From positions 21,245 through 59,028 of the forward strand of contig NW_025215023.1 in assembly GCF_004010195.1 (NCBI RefSeq): 37,784 bases of DNA. The letters are read 5' to 3'. The notes beneath the pieces were generated by a model that was not told where the DNA came from, made no database searches, and saw only the letters and a program-made list of their open reading frames with translations. The translations under genes and the position numbers were made by a program. The number at the start of each line of letters is the position of its first letter. Position 1 is the stretch's first letter. This DNA comes from Chiloscyllium plagiosum. Its lineage: Eukaryota. Of the stretch, positions 23,119-33,850 are shown piece after piece.

Positions 23119-24520
23119 AGCGAAACAACAACCCTCCCTGATACCATGGAACCCACAGCTTATATAACCATGGTACCCATGGGTCAGTTGCTATGGCAAG
23201 CTCCATTGTTCCCCATGGCACTACAACCACTATACCCGTGGTCCACATGGATTTGTTGCCATGGTAACCTCTATTGGTCGCCATGGCAATACATTCTCAA
23301 TAACCCATAGTATACACGGATCCATTGCTATGGCAACCTCCATGCGTCATGTGGCATAACAAGCTCTATACCCATGGTACACATGGACCTGTTACTCAGG
23401 GGCCAATCAGACAGTTACTTGGAACCCACACGCCAGTTGCCGTGGTTCCCTCTATTGGTTGCTATGGCAGTTTCTGTAACCAAGGGGCCGTGCTGTGGTG
23501 ACCGTGGGGTCGGTCAGTCATCGATGGTTACAGCTCATCAGAGTGTCATGTCCACCTCACCAAGTCCTCGGTCGTTCTGGGATCGTCCAATCCAGTCAGA
23601 GAGATTCCCGGGGCGCTTGTCACATGGCCTCCAACCACCCTGTCCCTGCCCTGCCATTGGTGGCCCCGGGCAGGTCACCCAATCACATGTCAATCGCAGC
23701 AAAAACACCCAAGGAATTAGCTCGCGAGAATAGTTTTTAAAACACCGTTCAACGTTTTTTTTCCAGCAACCTCTCGAGAAAGGTTCCTGGAGATTGTCAG
23801 ATTATCCTGGGGTGTGGGGGTGGGGGTGGGGGGGGGGGGGGGTGGGGGGGGTGGAGGTTAGATTTGTTCTCTCCATGTCCGCAGGGGAAGACTCTCAGAA
23901 ACCAGCCATTAAATCCTCTCTGCCTGTGTAATAAAAACATCAATTTAACCAATTATCGGGTCAATTAGCAAAGTTAATTATTAGCAATTAACGCTCTGCG
24001 CTTGACTGGTTCCGGCCAGGCTGTGGTTGACTGGAATCCTCCAGCTCCCTCAGTAACGGGACGTGCCAAACCCACAGAAACTCAGCTTCAACGTTCGGCC
24101 TTTGTTAAACCTTTTCCACAGCACACTTCGACTTTCAAATAAATTGCGGCAATAAACTGAGCTGTTAGCAAATGGCTTTACGACTGGGAAGGTTAGAGAT
24201 AGCAGATTTGGGTGTCAGTAAAGGTGCTAAACGCTTTGCTTCTGCCCTCTCCTCACCTTCTGCCCCTTCCCCTTCCCCTGATCTTCCTTTATCCCCCAGT
24301 CCACCTCCCCCTGTCCTGATTTTCCCCTTCCCTCATCTGTCACTTCCCTCCTTGCCTGCTCATTTTTTTACTAAACCATATTCTTGCGTGGGTGTCACTG
24401 GAAAAGATGGGCATTTGTTCCCCATCCCGAATTGCCCTTTGAGCGGAGTGTCTTGTTCTGCCATTTCAGAGGTCACATAAGTGTCAACCACAACTGTAGG
24501 CCTGGAGTCACGTGTCTCAT

Positions 24521-25434
24521 CATAAAAGAATCGCTATACTGTAGAAACAGGCCCTTCGGCCCAACAAGTCCACACTGACCCTCCGAAGAGCATCCTACCC
24601 AGACCCATTCCCCTACCCTATTACTCTACATGTACCCCTGACTAATGCACCTAACCTACACATCCCTGAACACTATGGGCAATTTAGCATAGCCAATGCA
24701 TCCTAACCTGTGGGCGGCACGGTGGCACAGTGGTTAGCTGCCTCACAGCACCAGAGACCCGGGTTCAATTCCCGCCTCAGGCGACTGACTGTGTGGAGTT
24801 TGCACGTTCTCCCCGTGTCTGCGTGGGTTTCCTCCGGGTGCTCCGGTTTCCTCCCACAGTCCAAAAAATGTGCAGGGTCAGGTGAATTGGCCATGCTAAA
24901 TTTTCCATAGTGTTAGGTAAGGGGTAAATGTAGGGGTATGGGTGGGTTTCGCTTCGGCGGGTCGGTGTGGACTTGTTGGGCCGAAGGGCCTGTTTCTACA
25001 CTGTAATGTAATCTAAAATCTAATCTAAAATCTAATCTATACATCCCTGGGCACTATGGGGCAATTTATCATGGCCAATTCACCTAACCTACACATCCCT
25101 GAACACTATGGGCAATTTAGCATGGCCAATCCACCCTAACCTACACATCCCAGAACACTATGGGCAATTTAGCATGACCAATCTAATCTAATCTAATCTA
25201 ATTCACCTAACCTACACATCCCTGAACACTATGGGAAATTTAGCATGGCCAATCCACTCTAAGCTGCACATCTTTGGATTGTGGGAGGAAACCGGAGCAC
25301 CCGGAGGAAACCCACACAGACACGGGGAGAATGTGCAAACTCCACACAGTCAGTCGCCTGAGGCTGGAATCGAACCTGGGTCCCTGGCGCTATGAGGCTA
25401 ACGACTGAGCCACCCTACTGCTGTGCCACCATGC
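24521..25434 (-). mobile_element. HE1-type V-SINE with about five internal ~52-bp tandem repeats, interrupted by a plus-strand HE1
   Basis: 3' end rc at 24521-24600; repeated CTAACCTACACATCCCTGAACACTATGGGCAATTTAGCATGGCCAAT; V-domain and tRNA head rc at 25270-25434. Confidence 0.9.
24712..25039 (+). mobile_element. HE1-type V-SINE, full length, young
   Basis: GGGCGGCACGGTGGCACAGTGG (A box), GGTTCAATTCC (B box), V-domain with CpGs intact, (AATCT)n-type tail. Confidence 0.95.
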
Positions 25435-25617
25435 CAGCCAGACATGGGTAAGGATTTCCCTCCCAAAAGGGTATTAGTGAACCCATTGGGTTTACCTGAC
25501 AATTGGCAGTGGCTACGTGTTTGAGGCTAGTTAGAGCTTCATTTTATTTTATTTCAAAGTTGAACTGTTTACCTTCGGTGGGATTTGAATGTACAACCAA
25601 ACCAGAAAAAAGAAAAC

Positions 25618-25736
25618 GAAATAACTGCAGGCGCGTGGAAATCAGAAATGGCCAGGAAAGCTCAGCAGGTCTGGCAGCATCCATGTCAAGAGAAAACAAA
25701 GTTAATGTTTCAGGTCCTGTGACCCTTCCTCAGAGC
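25618..25736 (-). mobile_element. Older Penelope-like pseudo-LTR with CpG-decayed hammerhead (25702-25734)
   Basis: Minus strand reads CTGAGGA-A-GGGTC-ACAG-GACCT-GAAA-CATT; flanking CTCAGCAGGTCTGGCAGCATC is like the other copies. Confidence 0.65.
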
Positions 25737-26149
25737 AGATGGTGCCAGACCTTTCTGTTTTTATACCTAATTTGGGACTCGGATGATCAGCCCAGGAGCA
25801 TTACCATTCTGCCATTACGTTCCCACTTTCTGAGTGGCATGTGCTCTCTCATTCTTTCTCTGTTTGATCTGATCCTGCCTTGCTTTGCTGTAGCACTCAG
25901 TAAGAACACCAGCAACAGTTTTCACAGAATCACAAAAAGTTGGTTCGCTGGGGCAGCAGGTAATTAAGAAGGCAAATCGAATATTGTCCTTCGTTGCTCG
26001 AGTTTAAAAGCAGGGAGGTTATGTTGCAGCTGTGTAGGGTGCCGGTGAGGCCACGCCTGGAGTACTGTGTGCAGTTTTGGCCTCCTTCCTTGAGAAAGGA
26101 TGTACTGGCACTGAAGGGGATGCAGAGGAGGTTCACCAGCTGGATTCCA

Positions 26150-27437
26150 GAGTCATAGAGTCATAGAGATGTACAGCACAGAAATAGACCCTTTGGTCCA
26201 ACCCGTCCACACTGACCAGATATCCCAACCCAATCTAGTCCCACCTGCCAGCACCCGGCCCATATCCCTCCGAACCCTTCCTATTCATATACCCATCCAA
26301 ATGCCTCTTAAATGTTGCAAATGTACCAGCCTCCATCACTTCCTCTGGCAGCTCATTTCATACACGTACCACCCTCTGCGTGAAAAGGTTACCCCTTAGG
26401 TCTCTTTTATATCTTTCCCCTCTCACCCTAAACCTATGCCCTCTAGTTCTGGACTCCCCAACCCCAGGGAAAAGACTTTGTCTATTTATTCTATCCATGC
26501 CCCTCATAATTTTGTAAACCTCTATAAGGTNNNNNNNNNNNNNNNNNNNNNNNNNNNNNNNNNNNNNNNNNNNNNNNNNNNNNNNNNNNNNNNNNNNNNN
26601 NNNNNNNNNNNNNNNNNNNNNNNNNNNNNNNNNNNNNNNNNNNNNNNNNNNNNNNNNNNNNNNNNNNNNNNNNNNNNNNNNNNNNNNNNNNNNNNNNNNN
26701 NNNNNNNNNNNNNNNNNNNNNNNNNNNNNNNNNNNNNNNNNNNNNNNNNNNNNNNNNNNNNNNNNNNNNNNNNNNNNNNNNNNNNNNNNNNNNNNNNNNN
26801 NNNNNNNNNNNNNNNNNNNNNNNNNNNNNNNNNNNNNNNNNNNNNNNNNNNNNNNNNNNNNNNNNNNNNNNNNNNNNNNNNNTTGTAATCTGAGGTAACT
26901 TTCTTCACTGTCCACTGCACCTCCAATTTTGGTGTCATCTGCAAACTTACGAACTGTACCTCTTATGCTCGCATCCAAATCATTTATGTAAATGACAAAA
27001 AGTAGAGGGCCCAGCACCGATCCTTGTGGCACTCCACTGGGCACAGGCCTCCAGTCTGAAAAACAACCTTCCACCACCCACCCTCTGTCTTCAACTTTGA
27101 GCCAGTTCTGTATCCAAATGGCTAGTTCTCCCTGTATTCCGTGAGATCTAACCTTGCTAACCAGTCTCCCATGGGGAACCTTGTCGAACGCCTTACTGAA
27201 GTCCATATAGATCACATCCACTGCTCTGCCCTCATCAGTCCTATTTGTAACTTCAAAAAACTCAATCAACTTCGTGAGACGTGATTTCCCACGCACAAAG
27301 CCATGTTGACTATCCCTAATCAGTCCTTGCCTTTCCAAATACATGTACATCCTGTCCCTCAGGATTCCCTCCAACAACTTGCCCACCACCGAGGTCAGGC
27401 TCACTGGTCTGTAGTTCCCTGGCTTGTCCTTATCACC
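26150..27437 (-). mobile_element. CR1/HER1-type LINE with reverse-transcriptase core (5'-truncated, spans gap)
   Basis: SLTSVVGKLLE..QHGFVRGKS..IYMDFSKAFDKVPH..GVPQGSVLGPLLFVIYINDLD..KFADDTK; 3' tail rc GAGTCATAGAGTCATAGAG. Confidence 0.97.
26531..26882. other. Assembly gap (N) inside the CR1
   Basis: N run. Confidence 1.
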
Positions 27438-28174
27438 AGTTGTGTCGGTAAGGTTTATGATGAGAGATTGAGTAGACTGGGGCTAATTGGAACTTCGAAG
27501 AAAGAGGGGAGAAATCTTATAGAAACATATAAAATTATGAAGGGAGTAGATAAGATAGAAGCAGCGAGGTTGGTTCCATTGACAGGTAAAACTAGAAGTG
27601 GGGGCTATAGCCTCAAAATAAGGGGGGGAGCAGATTGACCACTGAGTTGAGGAGAAACCTTTTCACCCAAAGGGTTGTGAAACTGTGGAGTTACTTTCCC
27701 AATGAGGTTACTACATTGAATGTGTTTAAGGCAAAGATAGATTTTTGAACAGTAAAGGAGTTAAGAGTTATGGTGAGAGGGTGGGTAAGTGGAGCTGAGT
27801 CCATGATAATGATCAGCCATGATCTTATTGAATAGTGGAGCCGGCTGGAGGGACCAGGTGGCCTACCCCTGTTCCGAGTTCTTATGTATGTTCTGACCTT
27901 GTGGTCTCACACAGAGGCACTGAATGTCACCCACAAACTCTCCAGTGCTTTCCTTTTGAATTATTCAAAGATTTTCTAATCCACCTTCCTTCTAATATTC
28001 AATGGTGAAGGCCCAAGTGGTCCTATTGCATTTCAGTCAAAGAGAGAACAGCCCCGTTTGAAATAAACACGAGTGTGGCCCTGTAAGAGGCTGGGAGAGG
28101 AAAGTCTAAGGGAACATTATTCATTGCGTCCTCAGTAAAAGTCCTCCTATGTCACAACGTCATAGCTGTGGGAG

Positions 28175-28280
28175 GTGGACTGAGGTGGACAAGGTCAGGA
28201 GTCACACGACACCAGGTTGTAGTCCAACAGGTTTATTTGAAATCACGAGCTTTTGGGAGCGCTGCTCCTTCGTCAGGTGA
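28175..28280 (-). mobile_element. Penelope-like pseudo-LTR (family related to 5859-6078), mutated hammerhead at 28243-28280
   Basis: Minus strand reads TCAC-CTGACGA-A-GGAGC-AGC-GCTCC-CAAAA-GCTC-GTGA. Confidence 0.75.
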
Positions 28281-28351
28281 CCCCTTCGGTCCAAGTTGTC
28301 CATGCGGACCACATCCCTAAACTGAACTCGTCCCATTTGCCAGCCTTTGGA

Positions 28352-28690
28352 GAATTTCCAGGACATGATCAGCAACGCACCTCAGACACCACCCTCCAAA
28401 CCCATGACCACTTCCATCTGGAAGGACAAGGGCAGCAGATACAGGGGAACACCACCCTCTTTGCAAGTTCCCCTCCAAACCACTCACCATCCTAACTTGT
28501 CCTGGGTCAAAATCCTGGAATTCCCCTCCCTCAGGGCATTGTGGGTCAACCCACAGCAGGTGGACTGCAGCGGTTCAGGCAGGCAGCTCACCCCGCCCCC
28601 CCCCACACACACTTTCTCAAAGGGCAATTAGGGATAGGGCAGATAATTCATGCCCACACCAACGATGCCAGATCTTGTGAAAGAATTTTT
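28352..28690 (+). mobile_element. CR1/L2-group second-family LINE 3' fragment
   Basis: Collinear with 19315-19615 (GAAGGACAAGGGCAGCAGATACAGGGGA..., CAGGGCATTGTGGGTCAACCCACAGCA). Confidence 0.85.
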
Positions 28691-29030
28691 TTTCAGAAAG
28701 ATCTGTACCTAGAACGTGGGCTGAATAGGGTCGAAGTTCATAAGAGGAGTAGGAATGAGAGGGCATAGATTTAAAGAGATATGCAAATGAAGCAGGGGGT
28801 GGGGTGATGTGAGGAAAAAAACGGTCTGACCCAGCGAGTATGAGGGTGTGGAATGCATGGCCTGGAAATGTGGGCAGGGACTTGTCAACTGAGCCATTCA
28901 ATAGGGCCATTAGATGGCTTTTTGGAGAGATATGGAAATCAGGCAGGAGACTGGCACTCAGTATTGATGTCATTCGAAGAGCGAGTACAGGCTCAATGGG
29001 CTGAATAGCCTCCTTCTCAGACTCTGTGGT
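28690..29030 (+). mobile_element. Degenerate CR1 3' fragment
   Basis: GAGGGCATAGATTTAAAG...GGGTGTGGAATGCATGGCCTG...GGCTCAATGGGCTGAATAGCCTCCTTCT. Confidence 0.65.
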
Positions 29031-29350
29031 GCATGTTTGACACAAAGTTCCCAAAGAGCTCTGCTCAGTAGAATGCGTTATAGACAGAACGTGTGTATAA
29101 ATGCTCTGGATGTTTAACAGCGCTACCTGCACAGTTTCTGGTAAACTCATAGCAAACCCTTACCAGGAAACCAGGGCCTGTGGATGGGCTGCCTACCAAC
29201 CTCATGTCCTGAGGTGTTATTGTGGCCCTACGTCTGGAGCAGCACTCAAACAGGACAAGAGTGAGCCTTCAGAGTTAAACTGACGCTCAGTTCACCAGCG
29301 ATACCCCAGAACACTGCTGTTAGATCACTTCGAGAGGATCCAATCACTTG

Positions 29351-30870
29351 GAGTGGATCCCAGCACCTAGTGCCTATTCCCCAGCACCAAGAGTGGATCC
29401 CAGCACCTAGTGCCTATTCCCCAGCACCGAGAGCCTATTCCCCAGCACCTAGAGTGGATCCCAGCACCTAGTGCCTATTCCCCAGCACCTAGAGTGGATC
29501 CCAGCACCTAGAGTGGATCCCAGCACCTAGAGTGGATCCCAGCACCTAGAGCCTATTCCCCAGCACCTAGAGTGGATCCCAGCACCAAGAGTGGATCCCA
29601 GCACCTGGAGCCTATTCCCCAGCACCTAGAGTGGATCCCAGCACCTAGAGCCTATTCCCCAGCACCTAGAGTGGATCCCAGCACCTAGAGTGGATCCCAG
29701 CACCTAGAGCCTATTCCCCAGCACCTAGAGTGGATCCCAGCACCTAGAGCCTATTCCCCAGCACCTAGAGTGGATCCCAGCACCGAGAGTGGATCCCAGC
29801 ACCGAGAGTGGATCCCAGCACCTAGAGCCTATTCCCCAGCACCTAGAGTGGATCCCAGCACCTAGAGCCTATTCCCCAGCACCTAGAGTGGATCCCAGCA
29901 CCTAGAGTGGATCCCAGCACCTAGAGCCTATTCCCCAGCACCTAGAGTGGATCCCAGCACCGAGAGTGGATCCCAGCACCGAGAGTGGATCCCAGCACCT
30001 AGAGCCTATTCCCCAGCACCTAGAGTGGATCCCAGCACCAAGAGTGGATCCCAGCACCGAGAGTGGATCCCAGCACCTAGAGCCTATTCCCCAGCACCTG
30101 GAGTGGATCTAACACCTAGAGTGGATCCCATCAGCTGAAGAAGGAATCCAACACCTGGAAGCGGATTGCACCACCTGGAGTGGATCCCTGTGCCGGATGC
30201 CAATCCTGGCATGCACCCCATACGTGGAATGGATTCTTTCACCTGGAGTCGATCCCATCACCCAAAGCAAACCCTGGAGTTGATCCCTGTCCTGGTGGAG
30301 AACTGGCCGCTGTACTTGGTGAGGATCCTGATACCTGCAACAGATTTCTTTACCTGGGCTGTGGTTCCCCTCATCATTAGTGGATCCCTTCACCCGGAGT
30401 AGATCTGTATACTCAGAACAGAATCCTGTGCCTAAAGCAAATCATTTCAACCGGAGTGGATTTCTGTGCATGGAGTAGATCTTACCAATATGGCTGGATC
30501 CTTAGACAGACTTGATCCTTGTAACTTAAGTGGACCACTTCACATGGAGTTTTCCCCCCCGTCCCCTTCACTTGATGTGGATCTCGTCACTGGAATCGAT
30601 CCCTGTAACTGGAAGAGATCTCTTCACCCAGAGGAATGTGGAGAGGATCCCTTCAGCTTCAGTCAGAAAAGTTTAGCAAACGGGGCCCATTGCCCGATGA
30701 CGATTAGGGAAGGTGCAGAGTGGGAATCCACTCGGATTGCGGTAATCCACCCTGATTGTGGTAGTCCACTCCAATGAAGTCAGGGGCCACAATGGATCCT
30801 GGGTGCGGGGATCCAGCCAGGGCGCGTGGATCTGGCCCAGATGCGGCAGGCGGGAATGTGGATCCAGTGT
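29351..30870. repeat. Composite minisatellite: 19-bp GAGTGGATCCCAGCACCTA and 21-bp GAGCCTATTCCCCAGCACCTA units (homogeneous to ~30130, decayed to ~30870)
   Basis: Directly visible; GGATCC/GATC cores continue with ~19-21-bp spacing in the decayed part. Confidence 0.93.
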
Positions 30871-31762
30871 CTCCTCTGTCGCCAGGTGGGGCGGCCATTT
30901 TGAAAAGCAGTCAAAGGTGATGCAGCTAACAGCCTCAGTGCGTGTTTCCTCAAAGCAGGGAGAGAATGCAAAACACACCAAATTGCCAGGAATCGGGAAA
31001 AAAATTACCCAAAGGAACAGAGCGCGATTTCTCATGAACAGATTACCTCAGCTCCCTGGAGCAAAAAAGCAAAAACCTTTCTTTGGGAAGAATCACTGGA
31101 AGTATATCTGTGTTTTTCTTCCAATCTCTCTCTCAAAAAAATGAGAAATTGGAGTCCAGAGAGAGTACAAGCAAGTCAGTGCAACAGTTGGTAAAATAGA
31201 ACGGCTTTCATGCTCTCTCCCCCTCTCTCTCTGGAAGGCCTCAGGCCTTGTTGCTAAACAGTTGACTTGGAGTAAAATCATGAAAGGGGTGAAGCCAGCT
31301 GAGCCGTTTGTGGTGGTGAGTGAGGGGCCCGGCCGAGATGATGGATCACTGACAAACATTTTCTCGGGCTGTCAGAGGCTGTGCTTTCAACCGATTCAGA
31401 TCAGACAAGCCTTGATGCTTTTTTCTCTCTCTCTCTCTCTTCGTTCAGAAATCGCCCTCAGCAATATCCAGGAGATAAAGGGAGAGATGGGTCGGGGTGG
31501 AGGGAGGGGTGAGGAACAAGACAAGGCAGACATTTCAAGAATGAGGGGCCATCGCTCAGACTTTGGTATCCCTCAGTGAGCGGGTGTCTGAGGGTATGGG
31601 CTATTCCCCCGTGGTTCCTGTTTCTGGAGGTGAACTTTTTGTGTGGGGGTTGGGCCGGGGGTGGGCCAGACTGGAAACCTGGGGGCACCAAGACCTCGCT
31701 GCTTCAGGGGCTCTGGTGACAGGAGGGCTACACGTTCAGCTGAGACCCTACCACAGGATGGA

Positions 31763-32350
31763 GGGGGAGGTTTTTATCCTTCTCTGTAAAGGACATTGGT
31801 TCGGCCACTTTTGGAACACTGAGTTCGATTCTCATCTCCCTGCTACAGGATCGACATTGTGAAACTTGAAAGGGTTCAGAAAAGATTTACTAGGATGTTG
31901 CCAGGGTTGGAGGATTTGAGCTACAGGGAGAGGCTGAACCGGCTGGGGCTGTTTTCCCTGGAGCGTCGGAGGCTGAGGGGTGACCTTATAGAGGTTTACA
32001 AAATGATGAGGGGCATGGATATGATAAATAGACAAAGTCTTTTCCCTGGGTTGGGGGCAGTCCAGAACTAGAGGGCATAGGTTTAGGGTGAGAGGGGAAA
32101 GATATAAAAGAGACCTAAGGGGCAACGTTTTCACACAGAGGGTGGTGTGTGTATGGAATGAGCTGCCAGAGGATGTGGTGGAGGCTGGTACAATTGCAAC
32201 ATTTAAGAGGCATTTGGATGGGTATATGAATAGGAAGGGTTTGGAGGGATATGGGCCGGGTGCTGTCAGGTGGGACTAGATTGGGTTGGGATATCTGGTC
32301 GGCATGGACGGGTTGGACCGAAGGGCGTGTTTTCATGCTGTACAACTCTT
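31763..32350 (+). mobile_element. CR1/HER1-type LINE 3' part
   Basis: KLERVQKRFTRMLPGLEDLSYRERLNRLGLFSLERRRLRGDLIEVYKM; near-identical to 1800-2275. Confidence 0.95.
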
Positions 32351-32439
32351 TGTCTTTATGAGGTTTGGGAATATAATCTTCAGGGTTTGGCCAAATGAGA
32401 GATCTTGAAACATAGGAGGGGGTCTGGACAGAGATTTTT

Positions 32440-32630
32440 TTTGTCCATTCACAGGATGAGGGTGTTGCTGGCCAGGCTGACATTTATTGCTCGTCCCTAA
32501 CTGTGCAAAGGGCAGTTCAGAGTCAGCCATATTGCTGTGGGTTTGGAGGTCACGTGTAGGCTAGACCAGGTAAGGACAGCAGATTCCCTTCCCTGAAGTG
32601 CGCTCATGAATGGAATGAGATTTTTCCGAC
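32440..32630 (-). mobile_element. Second SINE family 3' part
   Basis: TCCATTCACAGGATGAGGGTGTTGCTGGCCAGGC...GTCACGTGTAGGCTAGACCAGGTAAGGACAGCAGATTCCCTTCCC. Confidence 0.75.
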
Positions 32631-32925
32631 AGTAGGTGGCCCAGTGGTTAGCATTGCTGCTGCACAGTCCCAGGAATCCCAGTTCGATTCCAGCCTTGGG
32701 CGAGTGTCTGTGTGGGTTTCCTCCCACAATCCAAAGGTTAGTGTGAATTGGCCATGCTAAGTTGCCCCATAGCGGCCAGGGATGTGCAGGTTTGTGCATT
32801 AGTCAGGGGTAAATGTAGGATTAAAAAGGTAAGGGAATGGGTCTGGGTGGGTGACTCTTCGGAGGGTTGGTGTGGACTTGTTGGGCCGAAGGGCCTGTTT
32901 CCACACTGTAGGGAATCTAATTCTA
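32631..32925 (+). mobile_element. HE1-type SINE with internal deletions
   Basis: GGTGGCCCAGTGGTTAGC, AGTTCGATTCC, 3' GGGCCGAAGGGCCTGTTTCCACACTGTAGGGAATCTAA. Confidence 0.85.
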
Positions 32926-33175
32926 AAAGAAAATCGGCTACTGACAGGATGTTCCCCATTCTCAGAGGAATCTAGAGCTGGGATGCTGTTTAAAAATGAG
33001 AGAAGTCTCTCTATCAGCGAAGGCCAGATCATTGGGTTGATTCAAGTTTTGCATTTGGAGAGGATTTTGAGCACTCGGTGAGTTGCTTATTGTGCGTGGC
33101 CATGGGTTTGAGGCAGCACTGTGATTGGTCGTGATCTTATTCAATGGCAAGGGCAGGCTGAATCCCCTGTTCTTT

Positions 33176-33450
33176 GGGCGGCATGGTGGCTCAGTGGTTA
33201 GCCCTGCTGCCTCACAGCACCAGGGACCCAGGTTCGATTCCCGCCTCAGGCCACTCTCTGTGTGGAGTTTGCACATTCTCCCCGTGTCTGCGTGGGTTTC
33301 CTCCGGGTGCTCCGGTTTCCTCCCACAGTCCAAAGATGTGCAGGTCAGGGTGCATTAGACATGGGAAAAATGCAGGGTTACTGGGATCGGGTGGGATGCT
33401 CTTTGGAGGGTCGGTCTGGGCCGAATGGCCTCTTTGTAGGGATTGGATGA
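33176..33450 (+). mobile_element. HE1-type V-SINE
   Basis: GGGCGGCATGGTGGCTCAGTGG, GGTTCGATTCC, intact V-domain. Confidence 0.92.
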
Positions 33451-33616
33451 TCCTGAGTTGTACATTTGGGTGACAAAAGCAGTGTACCCATAGCCCCCCT
33501 CGTCACCACCAGGAGCTCTCTTCAAGTCATGGTGCAGTCACTACCCCTCCCTCTCAGAACCAGGGTATGCCTCACCTTCTGGCCTCTGCCATGCCTCCTA
33601 GCTCCGTCCAGATGTT

Positions 33617-33850
33617 CATAAGATGCAGGAGCAGATTTAGGCCATTCGGTCCATCTTCTCCACCATCTGATCGGCCCCTCACCCCCATTTTCCTGCTCTA
33701 ACCCATTGCCCATTATAAACCTGCCTCTCTCCTCCCAGCATCCACCGCACTTTGGGATAGCTAATTCCACAGGACCACAATCCTTTGGGTGAGGTAGTTC
33801 CTCCTGAAGACTGTTTTAAATTTGCTGCCCCTTGTCCTAAGACGAGGGGC
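33617..33850 (-). mobile_element. Degenerate CR1 3' end
   Basis: CATAAGATGCAGGAGCAGATTTAGGCCATTCGGTCCATC... rc of CR1 3' terminus. Confidence 0.65.

Larger units (their letters stand above)
22131..23471. repeat. Decayed ~23-bp tandem array of GTTGCCATGGYAAC-like palindromes (segments 22131-22304 and ~23140-23471), split by SINE and CR1 insertions
   Basis: Units at 22149/22172/22195, 22245/22268/22291 and 23187/23255/23277/23324/23391/23436/23458; ~68-bp higher-order period on the right. Confidence 0.75.
24383..25595 (-). mobile_element. Second SINE family copy (pieces 24383-24515 and ~25438-25595) split by HE1 insertions
   Basis: CCTGGAGTCACGTGT resumes as CCAGACATGGGTAAGGATTTCCCTCCC...GTGGGATTTGAA. 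Confidence 0.65.
25955..27890 (+). mobile_element. Older CR1 3' part (pieces 25955-26152 and 27438-27890) split by a younger antisense CR1
   Basis: VRPRLEYCVQFWPPSLRKDVLALKGMQRRFTSWIP continues as YDERLSRLGL...NLIETYKIMKGVDKI and 3' UTR. Confidence 0.85.

Noticed and set aside
26358..27404. Active reverse transcriptase gene
   Set aside because: 5'-truncated CR1 without endonuclease or ORF1, with small indels and a gap; treated as a dead copy
29351..30870. CRISPR-like repeat/spacer appearance
   Set aside because: There are only two recurring unit types and gradual decay, with no unique spacers or cas genes; the context is vertebrate
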